64,000 nucleotides of DNA from Alphaproteobacteria bacterium (GTDB lineage: Bacteria > Pseudomonadota > Alphaproteobacteria > Rs-D84), in the NCBI GenBank assembly GCA_017471445.1, contig JAFUTJ010000007.1, forward strand, positions 3,498-67,497, read 5' to 3'. Shown here piece after piece: positions 18,402-29,613 of the stretch. Position 1 is the stretch's first letter, and each line of letters opens with the position of its first letter. Made by a program: the position numbers and the translations under genes. The notes below the pieces were generated by a model. The model searched no databases. It saw only the letters and a list, made by a program, of their open reading frames with translations, and had not been told where the DNA came from.

Positions 18402-19079
18402 TTATGCGGTGATTTTTTCCATAAATTCCCGATGGGCGGCCAATTCATTTTCGGGCACTGTAAAGTGCCGGCGCGGAAAATCGCCACCAATTTTTGGGTG
18501 CTTTATAAATGCATCGTGCTGCTTTGCAATGATTTCCGATACGTCGGGCGCGGGCGCGGTATTTTCCAGTTCCAAATACACCTTGGCCAAAATTTCTGCG
18601 TCAATTAATGCGCCGTGCGCATCGGCACGCGCGGTTAATGATATGCCGTACCATTTTGCCAATGCGTCCAATGAATAACTTTTTGGGCCAAATACGCGAT
18701 TACGTGCAATTACGATTGAATCCAACTGTTGACTGCGCGGGATTTGGTTTAAGCCCAATCGCGACAATTCCCAATTCATAAACGGAAAGTCAAAGTCCAA
18801 CCCATTATGTGCAACAATTTGTGAATCGCCAATAAATTCCAAAAAACGCGGTGCAACAACAGACATTTTCGGTTTATCTTCCAAAAACGCATTGGAAATT
18901 TTATGAACCATGTAACTTTCAGCCGGGATTATTTTACCTTCGGGGTTGATATATTCATGAAATGTGTCATCGGTAATTTTGCCGTCAACAACCGCGACCG
19001 CCCCAATTTCAATGCATCGGTCACCACGCATATACTCAAAACCCGTCGTTTCAATATCAAAACAAATTATGCGTGCCAT
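18402..19079 (-). CDS. dnaQ: DNA polymerase III epsilon subunit (3'-5' exonuclease)
   Basis: ICFDIETTG (ExoI), VAHNGLDFDFPFM (ExoII) and HGALIDAEILAKVY (ExoIII). Confidence 0.9.
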   Translation of the reverse strand: MARIICFDIETTGFEYMRGDRCIEIGAVAVVDGKITDDTFHEYINPEGKIIPAESYMVHKISNAFLEDKPKMSVVAPRFLEFIGDSQIVAHNGLDFDFPFMNWELSRLGLNQIPRSQQLDSIVIARNRVFGPKSYSLDALAKWYGISLTARADAHGALIDAEILAKVYLELENTAPAPDVSEIIAKQHDAFIKHPKIGGDFPRRHFTVPENELAAHREFMEKITA

Positions 19080-19127
19080 GTTTTTAACCTTTTCAATATG
19101 TAAATTTTTTTGTATTATAATGAACCG

Positions 19128-21206
19128 ATGAAATTAATGCTAGAAAATCTTAATGAAAAGCAACGCGCCGCGGTTGAAACAACAGATGGCCCGTTGTTGG
19201 TTTTGGCCGGGGCGGGCACAGGCAAGACGCGCGTGTTGACCACACGTATTGCATATATTTTGGCGAAGCATATGGCCGCCCCGTGGCAGATATTGGCCCT
19301 GACCTTTACGAACAAGGCGGCAAACGAAATGAAATCGCGTATTGCCGCATTTGCCGACGGAACCGACACATTTCATGCGGGCGATTTGTGGTGCGGAACA
19401 TTTCATTCGGTTTGCCTGCGCATACTGCGCGCGAATGCCGTGGCGGCAGGATTACGACGTGATTTTCTGGTATTTGGCGAAGACGATCAAAAGGCCGTGA
19501 TTAAATCAATTATTCAATCGTCAACAAAATCGCCTGGCGATTATGTCGAGGAATTTTCTGGGATTAAGGACAAGGGCCTGGCCGCGTTAAAGTGCGACGA
19601 TAAACTGTTTGCCGCGTATAACGCGGAACTGGGGCGATTGGGCGCGGTGGATTTTGGCGACATTATATTGCGCGTGTTAATTTTATTTCGCGATAATCCC
19701 GAAATCTTGGCCCGGTATCAGCGTCAGTTTCATTATATCTTGGTTGATGAATTTCAGGACACAAACAATGCCCAGATGGAATTCTTGGGTTTTCTAACCC
19801 GTGATGTTGAAAATCCAAACATTTGCTGTGTGGGTGATGATGACCAGTCAATTTATTCATGGCGCGGTGCGGAAATAAAACATATATTAAACTTTGATAA
19901 AACATACCCCGGCGCAACAATAATACGACTGGAAACCAATTACCGCAGTACGGGAAACATTTTGGGGGCGGCAAATTCATTGATTCGCCATAATATGGGG
20001 CGACTGGGCAAAGAATTACAGACCGCGGACGTGGCAAAATCAGGCGAACCAGTTTATATTCTGACACTGCCCACTGATTTTGACGAAGCGCGCGTAATCG
20101 CCGATGCAATAATGCGCGACGAAACCAAACAATATTGCAACTTTGCGGTACTTATACGTTCGGGCAAGGGATCATTGTCGCGCACAATGCAGGAAGAATT
20201 TACTATGCGCGGTATTCCATATCGGATTATTGGTGATACAAAATTTTATGAACGCATGGAAATTCGCGATGCAATTGCATACATGCGATTACTGATATTT
20301 CCATTTGACGACATATCGTTTATTCGTGCGATTGGCAAACCGAAACGCGGGTTTGGTGACGCGGCAATTGCAAAAATTCGCGCCGCAGGACCGTATTTGA
20401 TGGCCGGGTTGGGGAATGCGCAATTAAGTACAAAACAACGTGCAGCCGCCGATAATTTTTTAGATGCGTTTAACTTTGACTGGGGCAATATGTCACCGCG
20501 TGATGCGGCGCAAACACTGTTGGACCGGGCGGGTTATATGAAAATGTGGCAAGATGCCAAAGATGCAGATTCCGCCGACAGAATTGACAATATTCGCGAA
20601 TTAATAACCAATGTAATATCAAAATATGATAACTTGGCCGACTTTCTGGAACAGGCCGCATTAATGATGACCGAAGACGATGATGATGTCACCGGTCCAA
20701 ATAATAACGTGGTCAGCATTATGACAATTCACGCGGCCAAGGGTTTGGAATTTGACACGGTATTTCTGCCTGCATGGGAAGAAGGAATTTTCCCGAATGA
20801 AAAATCCACCCATGATGGCAGCCTGGAAGAAGAACGCCGTTTGGCATATGTTGCGATAACACGCGCACAGCGGCGCTGTATAATTACAAATGCAATGTCA
20901 CGCATGGTATTTGGGTCACGACAATATAATTCACCATCGCGATTTATAACAGAAATTGATAATCGATTCTTGGATTTTCAGGGTGGTAAACCCACCAGGC
21001 CACAGTATAATAACAATATGCATACATGGAATGCGTCACGTTCACAACATACACCACGCACCCGTAATGTTGTTGGCAAATTGGTAACGCATGCCGAAAT
21101 GGGTCCGGGCGTAATTATCGCAGATAACGGCGCGACATTGACCATTGCATTCGGTAACCGCGGAATAAAAAATGTTGCACGTGATTTTGTAAAAATGTCT
21201 GATTAA
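19128..21206 (+). CDS. UvrD/PcrA/Rep-family ATP-dependent DNA helicase
   Basis: LNEKQRAAV, AGAGTGKT (Walker A), VDEFQDTN, TNYRST and TIHAAKGLEFD helicase motifs. The ATG at 19128 is preferred over the track's upstream start. Confidence 0.9.
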   Translation: MKLMLENLNEKQRAAVETTDGPLLVLAGAGTGKTRVLTTRIAYILAKHMAAPWQILALTFTNKAANEMKSRIAAFADGTDTFHAGDLWCGTFHSVCLRILRANAVAAGLRRDFLVFGEDDQKAVIKSIIQSSTKSPGDYVEEFSGIKDKGLAALKCDDKLFAAYNAELGRLGAVDFGDIILRVLILFRDNPEILARYQRQFHYILVDEFQDTNNAQMEFLGFLTRDVENPNICCVGDDDQSIYSWRGAEIKHILNFDKTYPGATIIRLETNYRSTGNILGAANSLIRHNMGRLGKELQTADVAKSGEPVYILTLPTDFDEARVIADAIMRDETKQYCNFAVLIRSGKGSLSRTMQEEFTMRGIPYRIIGDTKFYERMEIRDAIAYMRLLIFPFDDISFIRAIGKPKRGFGDAAIAKIRAAGPYLMAGLGNAQLSTKQRAAADNFLDAFNFDWGNMSPRDAAQTLLDRAGYMKMWQDAKDADSADRIDNIRELITNVISKYDNLADFLEQAALMMTEDDDDVTGPNNNVVSIMTIHAAKGLEFDTVFLPAWEEGIFPNEKSTHDGSLEEERRLAYVAITRAQRRCIITNAMSRMVFGSRQYNSPSRFITEIDNRFLDFQGGKPTRPQYNNNMHTWNASRSQHTPRTRNVVGKLVTHAEMGPGVIIADNGATLTIAFGNRGIKNVARDFVKMSD

Positions 21207-21266
21207 AAATTGCACGACGTAAAAAACGTTGTTATAATGCGAAAAATTTTAACCCAAGGGGATTTT

Positions 21267-21869
21267 ATGTTACAAAAGGTTGATGTTGTTGTTTTTGATT
21301 TTGATGGGACACTGTCCGCACGCGATTGTAATGTTGAATTTGCAAAATATTGCATGCGCCATTCGGTGCGCCCATGGGTGTATTTGCCGTTAATTGGCAT
21401 TGCGGCGATTGTGCGCACTGTGCGCCCGGCGGGCATTTGGTGGCGGCAATGCATGCGCCGTTTTATGACACCCGATATGGTTCGGCGTTTTGCGCCCGAC
21501 TTTATTCGCGAACACCGACGTGAACGCTTTGGCTGGGCACGCGAACGTGTTAATGCCGAACGCGCCGCCGGACGACGTGTTGTTTGTATTTCAGCCGGGC
21601 CGGATTACTTGGTACCAGAATTGGTTCGTGATATGAAATTTGACGCGGTAATATGTTCCAAGATGGATGCAAAAAAACCGTGGAAGTATAAAAAATTATG
21701 CTGGGGCGCAAACAAGGTCGTGTCGTTGGACGAATGGGCAATGCGTAATAAATTTATACCACGCGTTGTGCGTTCATATTCGGACAGCCTATCAGACATG
21801 CCAATGATGGAAATTGCAGCCGAACGCGTATGGATTGATCGTAAAACCGGCCTGCGGATAACACGATAA
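21267..21869 (+). CDS. HAD-superfamily hydrolase (HAD-IB-like)
   Basis: VVFDFDGTLS is the DxDxT motif I. AAGGGGA SD before the ATG at 21267. Confidence 0.65.
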   Translation: MLQKVDVVVFDFDGTLSARDCNVEFAKYCMRHSVRPWVYLPLIGIAAIVRTVRPAGIWWRQCMRRFMTPDMVRRFAPDFIREHRRERFGWARERVNAERAAGRRVVCISAGPDYLVPELVRDMKFDAVICSKMDAKKPWKYKKLCWGANKVVSLDEWAMRNKFIPRVVRSYSDSLSDMPMMEIAAERVWIDRKTGLRITR

Positions 21870-21984
21870 AGGAATCGATATTTTTGTCGACAAAAATACA
21901 AAACACAGATGCCGTGAAATCACAATCTAATATGAAATTGTATGGCGGGTGGGTATAGGTGCACGTCCACAGGCAAGCAATTAA

Positions 21985-23022
21985 TTATTTCAATTTATCT
22001 GACAATTCGGCGATTGCAATTGCATACCAATTGGAATTATTCCATTTCTTAATTCTATAAAAGTTCGGATAGGTCAGGTATGCCGTTATTGTACGCGTTG
22101 GTTGAACATCTGTATCAGGATTATAATCGGTTTGTTCATTGTCAATCGCAGACGTATCTGCAACAATTCCCGCAATTATTTCCGATTGTGGTAACGCGGT
22201 TCCATCTGATGATAAAACGCCGCGGCGCGACCATTCCAAGACAGACTTTTTTGTTTTACCGTCCAACAGTCCAATGTCAAAATCTGCAGGTAAAATAACA
22301 CGCCGGACAATACGTTCATTTGGGTTCCACCCCAGTTTGTTCAGGTAATTGCCCGCACTGAACATCGCGTCACTGACATTATTAATTATATCAATACGGC
22401 CATCGCCATTGCCGTCTGTGCCGTATTGTTGCAGGGTTGTTGGAATAAATTGAAAATGACCCATGGCACCGGCCCAACTGCCCCGGATTTCATTTACATC
22501 TAATTTATTATCATCGGCAATTTTCATCAGTGCCAACAATTGGTCGCCAAAAAATTTTTCGCGTCGGCCGTCATACATCAATGTAAAAAATGCGTTCTTT
22601 AATTTATGTCGGCCATGTGTTGTGCCGTAATTTGTTTCCATTCCCCAAAATGCCAAAACCACATGCGACGGAATGCCATATGCATTTTCCACCCGCCCAA
22701 GCAATGTCGGGTAACGCCCCCGCATACGCCGTCCATCGGCAATGCGATTCGCATTAACCGTGCGGGCCAGGTATTGCGCCAATGTTAACTTAAATTCCGA
22801 TTGATTGCGGTCACTTTTTACAATTGATGGAATAAATTTTGGCGTTTGCATTACTGCATCAATTGTTGTGGTCGAAATATTCTGGGCCGCGGCGCGTTCG
22901 CGCACATTGTCCAGCATCGTGTTCCAACGTTCCATATCAAATGTACCCGTTGCACCAAATGCAACCGTTGGCAACAATGCCGACAAAAAGTACACTACAC
23001 GTAAATTCATGTTAAAATGCAT
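21985..23022 (-). CDS. lytic murein transglycosylase (MltB/SLT_2-like)
   Basis: Signal peptide; FWGMETNYG and GSWAGAMGHFQFIPTT..GDGRIDI motifs. An alternative start at 23010 would remove the overlap with the upstream gene. Confidence 0.85.
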   Translation of the reverse strand: MHFNMNLRVVYFLSALLPTVAFGATGTFDMERWNTMLDNVRERAAAQNISTTTIDAVMQTPKFIPSIVKSDRNQSEFKLTLAQYLARTVNANRIADGRRMRGRYPTLLGRVENAYGIPSHVVLAFWGMETNYGTTHGRHKLKNAFFTLMYDGRREKFFGDQLLALMKIADDNKLDVNEIRGSWAGAMGHFQFIPTTLQQYGTDGNGDGRIDIINNVSDAMFSAGNYLNKLGWNPNERIVRRVILPADFDIGLLDGKTKKSVLEWSRRGVLSSDGTALPQSEIIAGIVADTSAIDNEQTDYNPDTDVQPTRTITAYLTYPNFYRIKKWNNSNWYAIAIAELSDKLK

Positions 23023-24547
23023 ACTTGAATCCCAGGTGCAGGCCGAATGATTGCCATGTTGCTTCTTTCAAGGATTCTGATACATCTTCTGTGTGGGCAG
23101 CCGTTGTTTCCAAATAATATTCACCCGTATAATCACCATTTGCATCCTTGACCGCAACAAAGTCTGTATATTCGGCGATATATAATTTGCCCGGAATCTT
23201 GCCCACATGGAAACAGTTTGTATCGGCGCGCAACGATAACGCCAAGCGATCCGACAGGCGCATATTGTATTCCAATTCAAATGCATACGCGTATGAACCA
23301 CTGCTGCCTTCGTCTAGGAAACTGGGGTTCTGTTGCCAATCGTCACGGTTCGGCCAAATCCCTTCGGATGAATATTTGGGCAAACTAAATTGTGCATACA
23401 GACGCAATTTGTCCGACCATGTCATTTGCTTTTCAATTTCCAGCCCGATATAGAACCCAGACCATGTTGTGTTATATATATGCGTGGTGCCTTCTACTAT
23501 AATTGGGCCGTCGCCACCGATAACAACACATTCGTTTTCACCAACGCCCCACGGAATCGTTCCCAGATTCAGATTTGTGTAATTTTCGGTAATAATTTCG
23601 GTTTCACCGGTTACAGACGTTTGTGTCTGAATATAACCGTACCCATACGCGTCCGCCGCCCCGGTGGTTAATGCAACCTTGATATCTTCGGGGGACATAC
23701 AAACCTGGTACCAATTGTCGGGAACCGCACCATCAATTGGAACACTGTGATATATAACCTGGCCGATGGTGTCGGTTGTTTCACCATAAACATACGCACC
23801 GGTATTGGTCATTAATGGCAAATACACACCCGGATTGGGATAGTAATGGTCCGACATTTCCAGATTATGCTTAAATATTTCATAACCGATTATTGGTGAA
23901 AATTTCCACCCGGAAATATCCCATATATGATATGCACCAACACCAATCCTAAAATGATTCGTATGCCCAGATTGGTCACCGATTGAAATTGTAAATATGC
24001 CGTCAGTTGGGTTTGATGCCACGTATGGTTCCAAATCATAATCCATTGACAAACCGCCGGATTCCATATTGCCATATGTATATTCACCATATGCAAACAT
24101 GTCAAAGTTGCGTATGCTAAAATTATGGCGCGCGCCAACCGTCAATTCGTTGAAAATCATGTCGTCCCATTCCAGAACGGAATTAACACCGGTCTTGAAT
24201 TGAAAATCAGCGAATCGCCGTGAATATTCACCATATACAGATGTGTGCTTGTCCGCCTCTATCGGTAATGCGATACCATTTGCCGTCATACCGGTGTTCA
24301 TTGACGATGTATCGGGAACCGTTTGGCGCGGCGTTTGGTATGAATATGTACGACTGCCCACCACCTGCTTAGAACCGGATTTGCCAACATATTTACTGTA
24401 TCCCTGGGACTGATATTGGTCATACGATAACTGGTTCGCGGTAGGTGCGTTTTGTGTTTGATAGTATGTCGGAACCCCTTCGTTTGCAGCATTTGCGGCA
24501 AATGGCACAGAACATACAGATAATAATGCAATAAAACCTTTCTTCAT
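23012..24547 (-). CDS. outer-membrane beta-barrel protein, unknown function
   Basis: AAAGGA SD and signal peptide MKKGFIALLSVCSVPFAANA. Alternating beta-strand pattern and a C-terminal FGLHLGFKYAF beta-signal ending in Phe. Confidence 0.7.
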   Translation of the reverse strand: MKKGFIALLSVCSVPFAANAANEGVPTYYQTQNAPTANQLSYDQYQSQGYSKYVGKSGSKQVVGSRTYSYQTPRQTVPDTSSMNTGMTANGIALPIEADKHTSVYGEYSRRFADFQFKTGVNSVLEWDDMIFNELTVGARHNFSIRNFDMFAYGEYTYGNMESGGLSMDYDLEPYVASNPTDGIFTISIGDQSGHTNHFRIGVGAYHIWDISGWKFSPIIGYEIFKHNLEMSDHYYPNPGVYLPLMTNTGAYVYGETTDTIGQVIYHSVPIDGAVPDNWYQVCMSPEDIKVALTTGAADAYGYGYIQTQTSVTGETEIITENYTNLNLGTIPWGVGENECVVIGGDGPIIVEGTTHIYNTTWSGFYIGLEIEKQMTWSDKLRLYAQFSLPKYSSEGIWPNRDDWQQNPSFLDEGSSGSYAYAFELEYNMRLSDRLALSLRADTNCFHVGKIPGKLYIAEYTDFVAVKDANGDYTGEYYLETTAAHTEDVSESLKEATWQSFGLHLGFKYAF

Positions 24548-24634
24548 GATTCCTTTCGCGTCCATTATATCATAACAAAATATGCCTGACAAACAGATTT
24601 ATTACTTGCGCACATATTCGACGGTTGTAAAATA

Positions 24635-25699
24635 TTGAAAAAAATGAATATACCACACGATATTTACGTTCATGTCCCGTTTTGCGTGTCGCGATGCAAA
24701 TATTGCGCGTTTTATTCGCATGCATGCGCCACACCTGATTGGGATACATACACCAGAAATATTTGCGCCGAAATTGAACATTGGGGTCACAAATTGGGTC
24801 CGATTTCAATACCAACCGTGTTTTTTGGTGGTGGAACACCGTCACTGATGCCGGTAACGACGTTTGATAAAATAATTAATACAATTCGGCACACATTTGA
24901 TTTGGATGCGAATGCGGAAATAACACTGGAATCAAATCCCGGAACAATTGATGCGCAAAAATTGTCTGATTTTGTGTTGGCGGGTGTAAACAGATTGTCT
25001 GTCGGGGTTCAACGCATAGACAACACATCACTTGCATTTTTGGGGCGGCGGCATGATTTGGCAATGGCATACAATTTACTGAACGCGGCACAAAAATTAC
25101 CAATACGCCTATCGGCAGATTTTATTTATGGATTGCCGGGTGATACCACGGAAACAGTTACCAATATGTGCCGTGATATAAACAAGATTGGATTGTCGCA
25201 TGTATCAATGTACGAATTAACAATTGAAGAAAACACACCGTTTGGCAAAATGAATTTAGACATGCCGACAAACGAACAAATGGCTGATATGTATTGCACG
25301 ATTGCCCAAGAACTGAAATTACCACGATATGAAGTGTCAAACTATGCCGCGCCAGGTAATGAATGTCGGCATAATCAAAACGTATGGTATGGTGGTGCAT
25401 ATATTGGTATTGGTCGTGGCGCGGCCGGACGTATTAATATTAATGGCACATGGTATGAACAAATGGGCGACAATGCCGTTTTTGCGCCCATTTCGCCACG
25501 CGACCGCGCCGTTGAAATGATTATTACCGGCATGCGAACAACACGTGGGGTCGCAATATCGCATACCATTATGCAATTAATAAATACAGAATTTATCACG
25601 AAAAATCCCGAACTAGTACATATGAACGATGGATATATTTGTGCAACTGAAAAAGGCATGTTGATTTTGGATGATTTATTATTAAAATTGGTGAAATAA
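24635..25699 (+). CDS. hemW: radical SAM heme chaperone HemW (HemN-like)
   Basis: YVHVPFCVSRCKYCAF is the CxxxCxxC motif. GGGTPS and the HemN-like C-terminal region are present. Confidence 0.85.
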   Translation: MKKMNIPHDIYVHVPFCVSRCKYCAFYSHACATPDWDTYTRNICAEIEHWGHKLGPISIPTVFFGGGTPSLMPVTTFDKIINTIRHTFDLDANAEITLESNPGTIDAQKLSDFVLAGVNRLSVGVQRIDNTSLAFLGRRHDLAMAYNLLNAAQKLPIRLSADFIYGLPGDTTETVTNMCRDINKIGLSHVSMYELTIEENTPFGKMNLDMPTNEQMADMYCTIAQELKLPRYEVSNYAAPGNECRHNQNVWYGGAYIGIGRGAAGRININGTWYEQMGDNAVFAPISPRDRAVEMIITGMRTTRGVAISHTIMQLINTEFITKNPELVHMNDGYICATEKGMLILDDLLLKLVK

Positions 25700-25700
25700 G

Positions 25701-27686
25701 ATGAAAAACAAAACACTGAACATCATTGGAATTATTGCGGTCTGTGCCATGGCTGCGTTGGCAATTTTTTTACCAAGGGAGAAAATAATGCAAATCGGCA
25801 TAAATCCAGAAAATATGGACCAAACAATTCGCCCAGGCGATAACTTTTTTGATTACGCAACAATTGGGTGGCGTCGTGAAAACCCGATACCAGACGATTA
25901 CACACGTTACGGTATGTTTGAATGGTTGCATGAAACAAATCTGATGCGGGTACGTGAAATCGCAGAAAAAGATACCGGTAAAATTGGAACGCTGTATAAA
26001 ATCGCGATGGATACAAAACGTCTGAACACAGAAAAAACCACACCTGTTAAAAAATATTTGGCAGAAATTGATGCAATTTCATCGCGCACCGAATTGCCCA
26101 GTTATTTGGGACGCATGCATAAATTTTCTGGTGCATTTTGGGGCGACGGGGTTGGTCTGGACGAAATGGACAGTGAACATTATCTGTACAACATTGGCCA
26201 GGGTGGAATTGGCCTGTCGCGCGATTATTTTTTTGATACAGATGAAAAATCTGTTCAAGTTCGCGCCGCATATAAGAAATTTATTGCCGCACAAATGCAG
26301 AACTTTGGCATACATGCATCCGCAGAAAAGATATACGATTTAGAATATCGCATGGCAAAATCTTTCTATAAAAAAGAAAAATTACGCGACCCACATGCAA
26401 ATTATCATAAATTATCTATTGCGGATGTTCGCAAACAATTTCCGAACTTTGATTGGGATGCATATTTGAATGCACGTGGGGCCGTGGCAGAATATATTAA
26501 CATAAACCAACCGTCGGCAATCACCGAATCAATTGCGATTATGAATGATACAGATTTAGATTTGATAAAAGCGTATCTGAAATATCGTATAATCAGTGGT
26601 GCAGAAACATTACTGGACGATACAACATATGAAATTGCATTTGACTTTTACAATCGCACAATGGCCGGACAACGCGAACCCAAACCACGATGGAAACGCA
26701 GTATCGCAATGCTGGACGACAGTTTGGGTGAAGAAATCGGGCACATGTATGTAAAAAAGTATTTCCCGGCATCGGCAAAAAAACGTATGGAAACATTGGT
26801 TGAAAATTTGCGGCGGGCGTATGAAATTCGCATACGCAACCTGGATTGGATGGACGATGAAACACGCAAAATGGCGTTGGAAAAATTGAATGGTTTTCAT
26901 GCAAAAATTGGTTATCCAGAAAAATGGCGCGATTACAGCAAACTGGCCATAGATGCGAATTTATCACTGTATGAAAACATGGTGAATGTTGCACGTTTCG
27001 AAGATGATTTTTGGTTGGCAAAGATTGGTCAGTCCAAAGACCCAACCATTTGGTACATGAACGCGCATGAAATAAATGCGTATTACGACCCATCAACAAA
27101 CGAAATATGTTTCCCCGCGGGAATATTGCAATATCCATTCTTTGATATGAATGCAGATGATGCATTTAACTATGGTGCAATTGGCGCGATTATTGGACAT
27201 GAAATGACACACGGGTTTGATGATTCGGGACGCAAATTTGACCGATTTGGCAACCTGCGTGATTGGTGGACCCCAGATGACGCGCGTCGGTTTGATGAAC
27301 GCACCGGTGTTTTGCGCAAATTCTTTGATAATATCGTTATCAGTCCGGGCATACACGCAAATGGTGAATTTACATTGGGCGAAAATTTGGCCGATTATGG
27401 TGGCGTTACAATTGCGTACACCGCGTATCATAATTTCGGTATACCGTCCGATACCGTAAATGGATTAACCCCACAAATGCGGTTCTTTATTGCATATGCC
27501 GGTGCCTGGGCGGGGAATATTCGTGATGACGAAGCATTACGTCGCACCAAAACAGATGAACATTCATTACCACAAAATCGTGTAAATGGAATATTGCCAC
27601 ATATTGACGCGTGGTACGATGCGTTTGGTATAAACACGGCAGATAAATTATATGTTGCCCCAGAAAAACGTGTACGATTATGGTGA
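25701..27686 (+). CDS. M13-family zinc metallopeptidase (PepO/endothelin-converting-enzyme-like)
   Basis: N-terminal anchor, NAYY, IGHEMTHGFD (HExxH), GENLADYGG, and a C-terminal ..RVRLW. Confidence 0.9.
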   Translation: MKNKTLNIIGIIAVCAMAALAIFLPREKIMQIGINPENMDQTIRPGDNFFDYATIGWRRENPIPDDYTRYGMFEWLHETNLMRVREIAEKDTGKIGTLYKIAMDTKRLNTEKTTPVKKYLAEIDAISSRTELPSYLGRMHKFSGAFWGDGVGLDEMDSEHYLYNIGQGGIGLSRDYFFDTDEKSVQVRAAYKKFIAAQMQNFGIHASAEKIYDLEYRMAKSFYKKEKLRDPHANYHKLSIADVRKQFPNFDWDAYLNARGAVAEYININQPSAITESIAIMNDTDLDLIKAYLKYRIISGAETLLDDTTYEIAFDFYNRTMAGQREPKPRWKRSIAMLDDSLGEEIGHMYVKKYFPASAKKRMETLVENLRRAYEIRIRNLDWMDDETRKMALEKLNGFHAKIGYPEKWRDYSKLAIDANLSLYENMVNVARFEDDFWLAKIGQSKDPTIWYMNAHEINAYYDPSTNEICFPAGILQYPFFDMNADDAFNYGAIGAIIGHEMTHGFDDSGRKFDRFGNLRDWWTPDDARRFDERTGVLRKFFDNIVISPGIHANGEFTLGENLADYGGVTIAYTAYHNFGIPSDTVNGLTPQMRFFIAYAGAWAGNIRDDEALRRTKTDEHSLPQNRVNGILPHIDAWYDAFGINTADKLYVAPEKRVRLW

Positions 27687-27699
27687 TACAAAACACAAA

Positions 27700-27737
27700 T
27701 AAATACGCACCCGGGAATTAAACCCGGGTGTATCATT
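27700..27737. terminator. bidirectional intrinsic terminator between convergent genes
   Basis: CACCCGGG-AATTAAA-CCCGGGTG (8 bp) flanked by an A-rich run on the left and a T-rich run on the right. Confidence 0.65.
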
Positions 27738-28553
27738 TTATTTCTGTTTTTGACGCGCCAACAACTGCAAAGAATCCTGTAATTCTATATAACGTTCATA
27801 CAAAGAATCTTTTTCTGGATATGGTGCGTTTATAAAATATTCCGTTATTTTGTTTTCAACTTTATGCGCTTGGCTGATTTTATTTTCTAATCTGTCTATT
27901 TCCGCATCAATTTTTTTGATTTTTGCACGAATATTCACAATTTCACGCGGTGCATTTTGCGAATATATCGGCGTGTATGTATATGGCATAAAATGCGTAT
28001 ATATATCACGCATTGCGTCATTCGCCATATTATTACCAAAAAATTCAATCGTTGTTCTATTTACACGATGAAAAACATTGTTCTGTTTTACAGATTCACA
28101 CGGGTACGATATACTATCAACCGCAATACACAAATCAACAATTGTTGATGATGGTTGTACGCCTGGGACAATTTCACAAATTGTTTTGATTTGTGCCGGT
28201 GTGAAATAATTGCATAAATTATACCCACAACGCACAGCATATTTCCGTGCCGCCGTCATGGATAATGTTTTCTTTTGCTGATTCAATGTATGCAGCCGAT
28301 TATACACATTTGCCGGTACATTTGCAGCAGGGTTATTATAAACAGAATCATTTATGCGAAATTCCAGTGTTTCTTCACACACAGCCATAGCTGTTTGTGT
28401 ATAAACCATTTCATTATATATGCGCGCAATGTCTTCATCGGGCATTTGTTCGGTGGTCGGGCATTTTTCCGGCACAGATTCATGTTGGTTTATACCACAT
28501 GCCGCCATAATCATTGGTATTGTGTACATTAAAATCGTTTTCTTGGTATTCAT
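27738..28553 (-). CDS. lipoprotein, unknown function, coiled-coil C-terminus
   Basis: MNTKKTILMYTIPMIMAACG is a lipobox. AT-rich, with no family recognised. Confidence 0.65.
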   Translation of the reverse strand: MNTKKTILMYTIPMIMAACGINQHESVPEKCPTTEQMPDEDIARIYNEMVYTQTAMAVCEETLEFRINDSVYNNPAANVPANVYNRLHTLNQQKKTLSMTAARKYAVRCGYNLCNYFTPAQIKTICEIVPGVQPSSTIVDLCIAVDSISYPCESVKQNNVFHRVNRTTIEFFGNNMANDAMRDIYTHFMPYTYTPIYSQNAPREIVNIRAKIKKIDAEIDRLENKISQAHKVENKITEYFINAPYPEKDSLYERYIELQDSLQLLARQKQK

Positions 28554-28667
28554 TTATGCACCTTTGTTATAAATAATATATTAGTACAAAAACAATAAAA
28601 GTCAACTTTAATTGCGTTTTTTATTTGATTACGCACGCATGTTATCCTATGATTTAAACCATAAAAA

Positions 28668-29387
28668 ATGAACAATAAATACATTCGCCATTTTATTGCA
28701 CATGTAATATGCGGCATGATTCCAGGCCAGGCAACACGTCGGCGTGTACGCGCAATATTAAAATCAAATTGGCGTGAATGTATACAAATAATTGAAAACG
28801 ATATTGGTTATCGACCACGAAATATACGTCGTTTGGTTGGACATCGTGGGCGATACTTGGTCGTAACGGTTGATGATAAATACGTGTATAAATTTCCGAT
28901 TCGCAATCGCAACTATTGCGAAATGTGTATGCGCGAAAAAAAAATAACCGATGCATTGCGCGATGTTTCACCAATACACATTCCACAAATGAATGTTATA
29001 AATCATAATGGTACATATGTCCGCCGCTATGAATTTATTCGTGGTGCGCAAATGCCCGATGTTTCACCAAACGAAATCCGTGAACATATTGATGTGTTGG
29101 CACCGCAGATTGCACAATTTATATACGATATTGCCGCATCAAATCCAGGCCAAATTGCGTCTATGCGTGATATAACCGCCGAACCCGGATTCATGCGCGG
29201 ATGGTTCCATAACGATATCTGTGACAATTTTATATTTGACCGCAGAACATATAAAATAATCGCCATCATTGATTGGGAAGATGCACGATTTATGGATTTT
29301 TCTAAATACTTTGATATTCCACGCGACGCGCCCGCAAACGAATTAATGACCGCCGTACGACGCGAATATATACGCATTTTTGGATGA
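28668..29387 (+). CDS. phosphotransferase (APH/choline-kinase-like) family protein
   Basis: WFHNDICDNFIF and IIDWEDA resemble the catalytic-loop and metal-binding motifs of APH-type kinases. Confidence 0.55.
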   Translation: MNNKYIRHFIAHVICGMIPGQATRRRVRAILKSNWRECIQIIENDIGYRPRNIRRLVGHRGRYLVVTVDDKYVYKFPIRNRNYCEMCMREKKITDALRDVSPIHIPQMNVINHNGTYVRRYEFIRGAQMPDVSPNEIREHIDVLAPQIAQFIYDIAASNPGQIASMRDITAEPGFMRGWFHNDICDNFIFDRRTYKIIAIIDWEDARFMDFSKYFDIPRDAPANELMTAVRREYIRIFG

Positions 29388-29406
29388 TTGTTGCGGCGAT
29401 TAAATA

Positions 29407-29613
29407 CTAATTAACCGGCACCAATTTACCGCCATTGTCGCGTTTGGCATTAATCCAACACGTTGCGCCATTACGTGGTACGGCCATGGCGTATTTGGTA
29501 TGCTTTTCGGCATATATATTTATTCCATTCATTGCGGTGTCGCCAATCCGGCACAGTGGTAAACATCGGTCGTCGGATGTGTGACCATACCCCGCGTCGC
29601 ATTCCCATGGGCA
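29407..29613 (-). repeat. conserved 3' cassette of family-B genes (copy 2)
   Basis: See 10622-10828. Confidence 0.85.
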